From Camelus dromedarius (taxonomy: Eukaryota): DNA of 64,000 bases. The notes under the pieces were generated by a model. It was not told the DNA's origin. It worked only from the letters and a program-made list of their open reading frames with translations, and ran no database searches. The first letter of the stretch is position 1, and each line of letters opens with the position of its first letter. Both the position numbers and the translations under genes were made by a program. Positions 12,231 to 22,982 of the stretch are shown here, in pieces. The stretch is from positions 82,276,001-82,340,000 of the forward strand of contig NC_087437.1 in the NCBI RefSeq assembly GCF_036321535.1, written 5' to 3'.

Positions 12231-12430
12231 ACCGCCCCCTACTTCCCCATTATCCCAGTTAAAGCCGAGTGTTGACTTAATGGTAGAAGGTGGTGTAATT
12301 GCACAAAACCATATCCATTTTGGAAACCGAGACCTCCCACCGTTATTGCCCTTGGGGCTGAACACAGCTAGTAGTGGCTTGGATGGTAGGCAGGTAAAAA
12401 TTTGTGCAGACGCCGCACGCCAGCTTTTTG
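11520..12430. promoter_or_regulatory. CpG-retaining island-like segment, candidate promoter
   Basis: About 35 CpG by hand count in 11521-12420, several-fold above the window background. Overlapping inverted CCAAT (ATTGG 11600-11604) and GC box (GGGCGG 11603-11608), with further GC boxes at 11788-11795 and 12232-12239. Confidence 0.5.
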
Positions 12431-12644
12431 GTGAGGATGGATTCAGGGCTGTGGAGATTGTGCTGCTGACAGAACACATCTTGTGCTTAGGAGAGTTTAT
12501 CTCTTAGCCAGAGTTTGGTCCTATTTTTATTTCCTAGTGGCTACGTAATAGTAATTTCTCCATTTATGGTACAATTAATTCTCGTACTTGTGCGTTATGC
12601 TGACTTTTTATGAACATTTTTTCCACCTACTATTTTGTTGTTGT

Positions 12645-13059
12645 TGTGGGGCTTTATTGGGTGCTGCAGTGAGTCACCCAGACTCTCGCTGCAGGCCTGC
12701 TGCCCTCCATTCCCACTCCTGCAGAGAGTAATGGCTGCAAGCATCTCACAGCTGAGTATCCCTTTTGAAATTGCTCTAGAGTAAGACAGCTTCCTTGCTT
12801 AAGGTTACACTTTCTTCCTGGAGACAGCTCACAATTGAAATAGTTGATCTATGTGGATGTACAAAGGCTTGGCCTCTTTGCCTTAATTCTAGAAAACTCT
12901 GAAGGGCCATTCTAGTTCCAGGGCTTCTTGAAGGATTGGCCAAGGCCTCTGTTAAAACTGAAGAACTTCAACTTCTCCCTTTGCCCAATCCTCCTTCCTT
13001 ATTCCTTTACAGGTGTGCAGCCTTAGAATCTATTTTCTGGGGAACCCAACTTAAATACC
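12645..13059 (+). mobile_element. LTR16-family (LTR16C-like) ERVL 5' LTR
   Basis: ctcacagctgagt...aaggttacac...aaaggcttggcctctttgcct..aactctgaagggccattctagttccag...caacttctccctttgcccaatcct, ending ctggggaacccaacttaaatac immediately before a PBS. Confidence 0.8.
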
Positions 13060-14950
13060 GGTTGGTACCAGGAGTAGTTTGAGGACCCAAACTCTACAAT
13101 GAAATTTTGGAGCTGAATCACCTGCTGGCTGGAGGGCAATGAGAACCCCATCCCTAGTGGAGGGTGGGGCACTGACAGCCCCTGGCATGCCATAGCAGTG
13201 CTGTTAGAACTTTCAAGTAGTGAACCAGGGTAGGTTCCAGTGGAAGGGAATGCCTTGACAGGGGCACTATCTCAGGCATTTAAGAGTTTCTAGTAAAATA
13301 GTAATGATCAGGCCAGTGGAATCAGATAGCTTTTGCTATGTGCAAGCAGTACTTTAAAGAAAGACAAAAACTAAGAGTGGTTAAGCATTCATTTAAGGTG
13401 AGTTATGTAAGCCAGAGGGTTGTCTTGGCAACATTCAAAGAGAGGAAGAAAAAGTTGAGGATCAAGCCCAAGGCTTGATTATGAGGGTAGTGGAACTTCA
13501 GGGAAGGTTGAATTTTCAACCCCTATACCTAGTATAGTGAGATCAGGGCCCTGGTTAAAAAGTAGCAGGACTGTGAGACTTAAAATGGAGACATCTGTGT
13601 TTATGTCCTCAAAAACCTTGAGTCTTCGGATTTCCTAAATCTCTGGGCCCACAGAAGTGGTCCACTCCACACTATTAAATGCTAGTCCTCCTTGCTGCTT
13701 GAAGGTGACACACAGGCTTTGAGATACAACACACTCTGTCTTCAGGAACTATCCTTAACTTCATTTCTGGATACTAGCCCAAGAACTAAGGTTAATTCAC
13801 AATATAAACCAGCCAAGGAATGCTGGACCTGATAAAAGAGTAAAGAGGTTTATACCCAAGGAACTACTTGCCAGGCTAATATGTATTGACTGGAACCAGG
13901 GGGGGATGTATGTGTGTGTGTGTGCGCGCGTGTACATATGTACGTACGTATGTACATGAGAGCATTCTCCCAGGTTATAGGACTTAACACTCTATCAAGA
14001 ACCCAGGAGATGGAAATAGGCTGCTAAAGATGGCTCTTGGCAGCTTGGGGGAAATGATGGCCCACATTAAGTGAAGTCGAAATGTCAGGACACATATGGC
14101 AGACAGAGGAGGCAGGGATCAAAAGGCTGAGAAGACAGGGCCTACCCAAGAGGATATCTGAGTAAGGCTCGAACACCCCCCAGCTGACTGTGCTCCATGG
14201 GAGGTCCTGGAGGACATGTTATTTGTTAAGCTGATGAAAAATCTGCTTGTGAGAGATGGATCTGCATGGTGAGAAACTAACTGATAGCAGTCTTCTTCAA
14301 AAGTGCTGATTAAAAAAAAAAAACAAAAACAAAAACCAGGTGGTAGCACTTAACTGTAATTAGCAAGATGGGCACAGTTACTATAATGAACAATTCAGTC
14401 AGCATGGTAGCCAGAGGACCTGACCTGTGGAGGGCTCTGGCTCTAGTTAAAGTAACTCAGGGTTCCCAGGGGCAGGATAGATAGGCAGCCAGTCAGGATT
14501 TTATTTAATTTACATAAACAAATCAAGAATGGATGATCAGGATGCCAAAGCAGACATCCAAATAAAAGTTGTGCTTCTTAGACCTGTTGACACAGGGAGA
14601 GGCCTGGTCCCTATAAGGAAGAGCCCTGAAACACCATGGCAAATGGGTTCAGCAATAATCCCCTCAGCCTTCCCCAAAGGAACTTGACATTTACTTAAGT
14701 ACCTTCACTGGGAAAAGGGCAGTAACCAGACATTTTGAGGACTAGTGGACACAGGGTCCAAGTTGACATTAATACAGAGGGGTCTGAAGAATTATAACGG
14801 TATTCTATCAGAGTGGGGTTGTATAGGAGCAGGTAAGACACGGAGTCACTACAGCCATGGACTCACCCCATTATTAGTTGCCCCCATCCTTGAATGAATA
14901 GATATTCTTGATAGCTGGCAGAATACATGTATTGGGTTCTGAGCCTGGGT
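13060..14950 (+). mobile_element. ERV3-16A3-like ERVL internal region (PBS, gag, protease), degenerate
   Basis: PBS-like tggtaccaggagtag at 13063-13077 (ERVL tRNA-Leu type). Gag-like tract gatcaagcccaaggcttgattatgagggtagtggaacttcagggaaggttgaat. Protease-like ggactagtggacacagggtccaagttgacattaata (GLVDTGSKLTLI) near 14740-14775. Confidence 0.8.
13906..13958. repeat. Alternating purine-pyrimidine tract (TG/CG/TA)
   Basis: atgtatgtgtgtgtgtgtgcgcgcgtgtacatatgtacgtacgtatgtacatg alternates strictly throughout. Confidence 0.95.
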
Positions 14951-15034
14951 TTAGAGCAGTGAACCAATACCTATCTTGAGTAGAGGGACAGTTGCTCACC
15001 AGGACTGGAGCAACTAGAACTCTTAGGCATTTCT

Positions 15035-15625
15035 GGTAGATACGCAAAAATATATTGTTACTTGAAAAACAGTTTTGCAGTTTCTTATAAAGTTAAACAG
15101 AAAGTTATCATATGATCCAGAATTTATTCTAGGTATTTATCCAAGACAAATGAAAACTTAGGTTTTCTGTATGGAAATGTTTATGGTAGCTTCATATTTG
15201 CCCCAAACTGGAATCAGCTGAGATGTCCATCATCTAGTTAATGATAAAACAACCTGTGGTATATTCATACCATGAACAACTACTCAGCAGTGAAAAGAAT
15301 GAGCTATGATTCACAGTTACACGGATGGGTCTCAGATTTGCTAAGTAGCCAGACCCCAAAGGCTATGTGTTGTATGATTTCATCATATGACATCTGGGAA
15401 AGGGAACACTACATGGATGGAAAACAGATCAGTAGTTGCTTGGAACTAGAGCTTAGGAGTAGGAGGTGACAAAGGGGGGAACAGGAGGGAACTTTGGCTG
15501 TGATGCAACCTTTCTCTGTCACCATCATGATGTATCATAGGGCTCCACTTATTTTTCAATATCCATAGAACTATATACCACCAAGAGTGAGTTTTACTGT
15601 GTGTAAATCAAACAGTTTAAAAAAG
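15035..15625 (+). mobile_element. Old L1 (L1MC/L1ME-like) ORF2 end and 3' UTR
   Basis: gaaaaacagttttgcagtttcttataaagttaaac..atcatatgatccag; gtggtatattcataccatgaacaactactcagcagtgaaaagaatgagcta; aaaacagatcagtagttgc. Confidence 0.85.
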
Positions 15626-15649
15626 TCCTCAAATTGTAAGCAAGTTGAA

Positions 15650-16520
15650 GTAATCGAAGGAAAACTTTGATAAATCTCACCAGATAAAATTTTAAAACTT
15701 TAGTAAAATTCTCTAATACTAAAAAACCTTGTAAAAAATAAAAAGATGAATAGTAAACTGTTAACTATTAAAAATATTTGTAGTAAATACAGTAGACAAA
15801 GGGTTAGTATATTAAAATTGAATATATCAGTAAAAGATTTGATACAGAACCCAAAAAGTTTTGGAAGAGGAAAGACAGTGGTTGTTATAAAGGATAAAAT
15901 ATTCTTACAAGTAATAGAAATACAAATTATGAGAAAATATAATATTTCAAGCACCAAATTAAGGTAGGTTTACAAAATATAATATTAAAATCTGGTTTAG
16001 GCTGGATTTGTGTAAATTGGTATAAATTTTTTGAAAGGGAGTTTTCTAAAATATCAGTAGCATTAAACATTCTAATGTTTCAGAAAGTCTCATTCTTGGA
16101 AACTATTCTAAGGAAATAATTACACATGTAATGTACATGTACAATATATGCACGTATAAATGATTATAAAAGAAATAATCACATATATTTATATATGCAC
16201 AAAATACCAATGGGAGAGAGATTTATAATACCATACATTTGAAAACAGTCTAATTTTTAGCAATAAAAATGTCTAGGTAAATTATGGTATGTAGTAAAGT
16301 AGGGTATTATGCAGGTATATAGTGTTAATAAGCAGCATCTTAATGATTATTACATGAAATAATTAAGATAGAACTAAATATCATATTATGTCAAAACACA
16401 CAGACGTAGACTTCACCAATATATTAAAAATGGTTATCTCAACTTGGAATCGTAAGTGATGTTATTTTTCTTCTCTCTTACGTATTTCAATCTTTTTCAA
16501 AAGAGATTTAAAAAAAATTT
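15650..16520 (+). mobile_element. Highly decayed L1ME-type fragments
   Basis: A-rich tract with L1 ORF2/3' UTR remnants (gacaaagggttagtat, gaaatacaaatta, ggtaaattatggtat, aaaatggttatctc). Confidence 0.5.
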
Positions 16521-16928
16521 TAAAAAGTACCTTGGAATCTGAAGAATCTTCTATTTCTGTTTGTGAGCAGCATAGACAGGTGAAGGACAGATAAGCAGAA
16601 GTAGCTTTCTCTCCTGATTTTCCCAGGAAATGCCTGGTCCTTTAAATTAAGCATTTGGCTCCTTGGCTAGTACAAAGCAAGGTCCAGGATCCCTTCTTGG
16701 AAATCTGACCCAGTCTCACAGTTGTTATCTCAAATTGGGGTGTAGAGTGTGGGACTGAATTGTTTGCTCTGAGGGTATGAAAATAGAAAATAGCTTAAAA
16801 TTGTTAAAACTAGATGCAATCTGACAGTATCTATAAACCAACATAGGGCACAAATCTTTCAACCCATCATCTCTAGCTTGGAAATTAACCCATAGGAATG
16901 AAAACACTGGCATCTAGAGGTACTTACT

Positions 16929-17544
16929 CAGTTACTTGTGCTCTAACATTTACTTTGAAAATGTGAATTTATTCCAATGCTACTGATATATTGGGGAACA
17001 CTTTGAACATAATGTGAATTTTGCTTTGGCTTATGCATAATTTCCTTTGCAAAAAATACTAAAGGATGGCAGGAAACTGCACCCAGCTACCCAGCTGCCT
17101 GGGAAAACAAAGAGTACACCTCACCCATCTCCTGCTACCTTAGTTTGCTGTGTATGTTAGGAGCCACACCCAGCCACATCTGCTGTTAGAACTTTCCATC
17201 TGATTTCAGATAACCCTCCTTCCACCACTTCACAGTAACTCACTAGCAGCAACCCTTCTGATGCCCATTTCCTCCAGCACATTCCAGGTCTTTTTTCACG
17301 ATTGAGTGTAAGTATCTATTGTAGTATTTATGTATTTCTTAACCAGTTATCATGTGTGAAATTGTGCTACCATTTTTTAAAGTCTTATTTTTGTTTTTTA
17401 GTATGTTGACTTCTGGGGGAAGGTTTTTGACATTGTGCTCCCTAACCCCATACTTTCTAGAAGCCCTGTGGTTTTTTACTGCATGATGTTGCTTAGCCAG
17501 GTGATTTTTAGGGATCACATATCATGTGATAGCAGAACTTAGTG
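16929..17544 (-). mobile_element. Tigger13a-like TcMar DNA transposon, apparently full length, nested in an old L1
   Basis: Internal diagnostic tracts actttccatctgatttcagataaccctccttccaccacttcacagtaactcac and tattgtagtatttatgtatttcttaacca. Degenerate TIRs cagttacttgtgctctaaca / tgtgatagcagaacttagtg. L1 ORF2-end sequence continues on both sides (about 16800-16920 and 17545-17720). Confidence 0.85.
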
Positions 17545-20500
17545 TGGAAGGCTGTTGATTACAGCTGTGTTTGTAGGGGTCAGAAACTAGAAACCAAGTA
17601 AGTACCCTTAATAGGGACATGATTGGATAGAGTGGGTTTATTCATGCTATGGAATACTATGCAACTTTTGAAAAAATGAATTAGTCTTATAATAGTACCT
17701 TAGAAAGATTTCCATGGTTTTGTGGAGCTATATTTTTGAGCACCTACTGTGTGCCAGGCACAATATTATTTTAGTACTTAATTTCCCTGAATGTAAGGTA
17801 CAAAAATAGGTGCAGTGGGAGCTTTTAAACACAAAAACAAACAAAAAACCCAGACAAAATCATGGACAATCAGGGCTTCCTAATATGTTGCAGGATCCAG
17901 ATTTTTAAGTAATTCACTATAATACAAATTTAGACAGTGACTTCAAAGGGGCCGATGGGTTTCCCCAAAAGACAAATGTGCTTTAGGAGTATAACTGAGG
18001 GATAGACACTGTCTAGACTTAAACTTAGATGTGGTGAGGCAAGTGAAATGCACAAGTGAATAAGAGCAACGCAGGGAAGTATGCTATGGATGCTAAATAA
18101 GAGCTGTAAATTAGATATCCTAGGGCTTAGAAGGTTCCCTTTCTGGCTGAAGAGTGCAGGAAATCATCATGGAGGAGATAGATGTAAGATATTCTTTAAA
18201 TTATAGGTGGGACTTTTATGTCAAAGTTTTAAGAACAGGATTACAGAGTTTGAGGGAACAAAATAAATATTTCAAATAATAATCGTTTAGAGGTGTTGGA
18301 GTTTAGGTTTATTTTATAAACTTGTGAGTATCAACAATGCCACCTCTTTAGGCTTGGGGTTTCTCATCTTTGAAGTGAAGATTTTGAAAAAGATGGTCTT
18401 GAGCTTTAGGATTCTGCAGTTTGTTGACAAATAAGCTTCCATCTTGTTTCCAAGAATTAGCAGGAAGCATACTGTTTTGTATTTGCCCTTTAACATTATT
18501 GAATTAGGAGCTTTTCAGATCTGGATTTATTTGGCATAAAATAATAGGTATCAAGTGGAGACTCTTCTTTGGGTGGGAGGAGATCCATGAGCTGTCACAT
18601 TCTAGTGTATTGGCTCATGTTTATGAATTCAGTACATTCTCTTTGCAGGAAGAAAGCCTAACCAGTTGGTGTAATTTATGATACATACACTATAACTATT
18701 CAGATATTTGGGGACTTTTTCCCCTTGAAATGTCACAATGATTTCCACAGTAAAAATTCATTACATGCAGCCACAGAACTAATCCTTGCTTTCTTCCACT
18801 GGCCACAGAGAGGCATCTACTGAGGTTTCTTTTGTGCTCAGGATCTTTCTTAAAACCACATACACAAACACACATTTCCCACATAAAACTTTGAAAAAGA
18901 TTTCTTAAAGGATGGAAAAAATAGAAATAAAAATGTATGAGAATCAGAATCAGAAAGAACTTGCTATGTGTACACATGACTTACATTTAGGGAGCAAGTT
19001 GCAAGATGTCAAATCTGATTTCTTTTCTCTTTTGAAGTTAATGGGAAAGGATTGGAACAAGCCTTTTATGGAAGAGCAAGATCCTGTAATGTGTTTTAAA
19101 AGGTCATTAGCAACTTGCTTATAGATTTATTTTTTATTTGAGTCTGTCATGTCGAAGGTTAGGATTTGGCTTATTAACTCAGTCTCCTTTTCTATTGAGG
19201 GAATCATAGGTGGTCTCCAAACCTTTTTGCTTATCAAGTTTATGATTCTGTGATCTTTATGGACAATTTCCTTTCAATAAGTCATGAATATGTAACAGAT
19301 GGAATACTAGTATACATGTGAACAGATAATTTCTTTGAACAGCTTTCAATTTAGAAATAGATCTAAGAGCTGTGTAAAATTTGGTTTTGCATACTTTAGT
19401 TTGCTATGAATTCTTGAATTATTCAAAATACACTTTGCCATTCAAAATATTTTTGAAATGATTCCTCAACTGAGGAAGAATTTATTGTGAAATACATTAC
19501 AAAGTAAACATAAAATTATAACTATTATGTGACAAACGTTGCTGAAAGGAAAGAAGGGAGTGGTGTCTCTGAGCTAGCAAGTTGGGACTTTTATTCCTAT
19601 TCCAATTATTTTTATAGAGTTAAAATCGATCATTGTGACATTGTTATTTATGCTTTTGCTAATTCTTAGTTTATTAAGATACTTTTTGAGGCAGAAGTCT
19701 CTCAGTTTTGGAATTAAAGGCAATTTCTGTTTATGCAATGTTGCTGTAAGAATTAATAACTTTTGAATCAAAGTAAAGGAGTACATAGCAGTAGCCACAA
19801 ATCAAAGAATCCTCAAAATTCAATCTCTTCTTGTAATTGTTCCAACTTCTTAATGCTAAGGTAGGAGAATACTGGGACAGCCTACTTTCCACCTATGATT
19901 TCTCTGGCTCTTTTTGTTTTCCTTGAGCTTTCCCTCAATACAGAAAATAGCTGATTGAATACATTGACTCTTGGTTTCATTTAAATGGAGGTTGAGGGTG
20001 AGCTGCTACTTCCCATGGGACCCAGTTCACGAGGCAGTAGCTCCATTTCGGATGGAGTCAGGTGACTACACTGGTGGGAAAACTGGAAGACGGAAGGACA
20101 CATTACCCTGGGGTCTGCTGCCTCATTCAAGGAAGAGGGCTTCTCAATTATTTGATATTACAGCCTAGTGATTTGCCTTGTCCAGTCCAGTTTGGAAGCA
20201 TCTCATGACTCCATTATTGTTTGTTTTGACTTAATGTTGGATTGAGAGACATGCTGAAGCTTTTTATTTTTTTCTGCTAAATGGTTGCATGTTTGCATTT
20301 CACAGTTTTACTGTCAGAATTGTCATGTAGCCTGAGCCAAGGTTATTTAATTCTATTGGCTTTTGATTTCACTTATGCCACTTAGAGGGAGTTCCAGCAG
20401 TCATGGTCTTCTTTTTAAAAAGCAGTTAGTTGTTTGTCAGAGTTCTGGTCAAGCCTGGAAGAAGGTCTTCTAAGGCAGCTCTGGAAAACTCTTATATTAA

Positions 20501-20762
20501 AAAAAAAAGGGCGGGGAGGGGTGGAATTTGGAAACATATTCTGTCACTGGACTCAATCACTGCAATCACTGAATGTTCTGAATTAAAGTTTCCCCTTTCT
20601 GCCCCAGTTTCTCTGTCTGGAATATGGGAATGTGGTACAATATAGGGATCGTGTTGTAATAGACCATACATTTAAAATAATGTTAGGGTCATGGCAAATC
20701 CTTCACAATCCTCTTAATAAGATGTATACTTGAAGCTACACTTGAGTAAGAAGAAATTACTT

Positions 20763-21460
20763 TTTTTTTTATTGTAGTTTATTTATTTATTTATTTAACA
20801 TTTTTTTATTGATTTATAATCATTTTACAATGTGTCAAATTCCAGTGTTCAGCACAATTTTTTAGTCATTCATGGACATATACACACTCGTCACATTTTT
20901 TTCTCTGTGAGTTATCATAACATTTTGTGTGTATTTCCCTGTGCTATACAGTGTAATCTTGTTTATCTATTCTACAATTTTGAAATCCCAGGCTATCCCT
21001 TCCCACCCTCCACCCCCTGGTAACCACAAGTCTGTATTCTCTGTCTGTGAGTCTATTTCTGTCCTGTATTTACGCTTTGTTTTTGTTTGTTTGTTTTTGT
21101 TTTTGTTTTTTAGATTCCACATATGAGCGATCTCATATGGTATTTTTCTTTCTCTTTCTGGCTTACTTCACTTAGAATGACATTCTCCAGGAGCATCCAT
21201 GTTGCTGCAAATGGCATTATGTTGTCGGTTTTTATGGCTGAGTAGTATTCCATTGTATAAATATACCACATCTTCTTTATCTAGTCACCTGTTGATGGAC
21301 ATTTAGGCTGTTTCCATGTTTTGGCTATTGTAAATAGTGCTGCTATGAACATTGGGGTGCAGGTGTCATCCTGAAGTAGATTTCCTTCTGGATACAAGCC
21401 CAGGAGTGGGATTCCTGGGTCATATGGAAAACAGTGTGGCGATTCCTCAAAAGACTAGGA
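20763..21460 (-). mobile_element. Young 5'-truncated LINE-1 with short 5' inversion and 15 bp TSD
   Basis: Same family as 2067-2783. TSD aagaagaaattactt at 20748-20762 and 21460-21474. 21425-21460 is L1 sequence in the opposite orientation. Confidence 0.97.
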
Positions 21461-22769
21461 AGAAGAAATTACTTAAGAGGTTCATCTTGAAAAAGCACCA
21501 TGGGAATATGTAAGCCAGTGACTGTGCCTGGAACATTATTCTAAAGCAGCTAGCAGCAAACTGTATAGAAAGTATAGTCAAGTACCACGCACATGAAGAA
21601 TTCTCATCAGACAACTGAATTAAATGGCAGATGAATGTGTAAAATCTTGGTATGTGGGGAGATTTAAAATCTAGTTGTTCACATGTATTAATTCTAAGGA
21701 AGGGATTTTGTGGCTAAACTTTTCACTGATTGGGATTAGTATGAACACACAATACCTATTTTACTCTGCTTTTCCAATGTTTCTAATATGGATAGGATAT
21801 TTTGTCTCTGATATGAACAGAAGTATATTAAGTTTGGGGCTAGAAATTTGAGCCTCGTGTTATATGGAATTCTTTATAGGAGTTGTGATACTCTTCTGGC
21901 TGTTTCTTCTGCATGTGCTTCGATTTCATGAGCCTTCCTGCTTCTTGATCTGACCTTTTCAGTACCACATTAAACTGTCAGTTTCTAGTGCTTATTTGGA
22001 ATATTTTCAGAGTGAGCATATGGATTTTATAGTAAGTCTTTATAACACCATTTTGACTCCTTGGTAACTTTTTCTCATCATCATATTATTTGCATTATAT
22101 TGAATCATGTATATTTTGCTGGCCCAGCATGAGATTAGGATGTAATATAGAGAACGTGTTTTAAAACCATTTATGTAAAAATGGGAATCTGGATGAATGC
22201 CACTGCAGTCTAGCTATTGACTGGCGGGATATACAACGTACACTACTGGCATGGAATGTAATTTGAAATGATTTAGTAGGAAGAATAAAACATCTTTACT
22301 AAAATCCAAAGGGCAAAGGGATACCTTTCACAAGAATTTTCTAGGACTTGAGCAAAGAACATGAATATTGATGTACATTCTTATGAAATACAAGTTTATA
22401 TCATTTAATTTGGGCTTCCCCAAAATAACTTAATAGAATACATGAAACATAATTTCCTATAGTTTATTATATATATTATATAGTGTATCCCTAAACCAAT
22501 GCAATTATGATTTCTAGCCTAATTCTTATCTTTGAAAACCACTCTAGAATTCTAATTACCTGGAGATTTGTGAGGAACAAGAAGAACACATTTGATTTGG
22601 TTTCAGTTCATTCCTTTTCCATGAACGATGGATTCAGGCAATGGAAGGTCTACCTGAGGCCTGGATGGTAGTCATGTTAGGACCACCCAACTGCTATATG
22701 GTTGGTGGAACTCAAGCAAAGATCATAAAAGGACCCCCACCAATAGCTAATCCATTTAATATAATCTCT

Positions 22770-22982
22770 TTCTAAGTGCTTTATAGTTGACAAAACACTT
22801 TCACATTCATTTTTCCTTTTGAACCTCACAAAACTCCTTTTGTTTAATTTGAGTAGGTAAGCATATTCCAGTTTTGTAGGCGAGGGAATTCAGGCTTGGA
22901 GAGACTGAGTCACTTGCCCAAAGCTACAAGTAAGTGGTATTGGAGCTCAGTTACAGTTCTTGGAACTCTTAAGTCCAGTGCT
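22770..22982 (-). mobile_element. MIR
   Basis: gtgctttatagttgacaaaacactttcacattcatttt..gaacctcacaaaac...ccagttttgtaggcgagggaattcaggcttggagagactgagtcacttgcccaaag. Confidence 0.8.

Noticed and set aside
12186..12507. Opposed 105 aa and 97 aa ORFs beside the CpG island
   Set aside because: Higher GC lowers stop frequency, the starts are non-ATG and the peptides resemble nothing I recognise.
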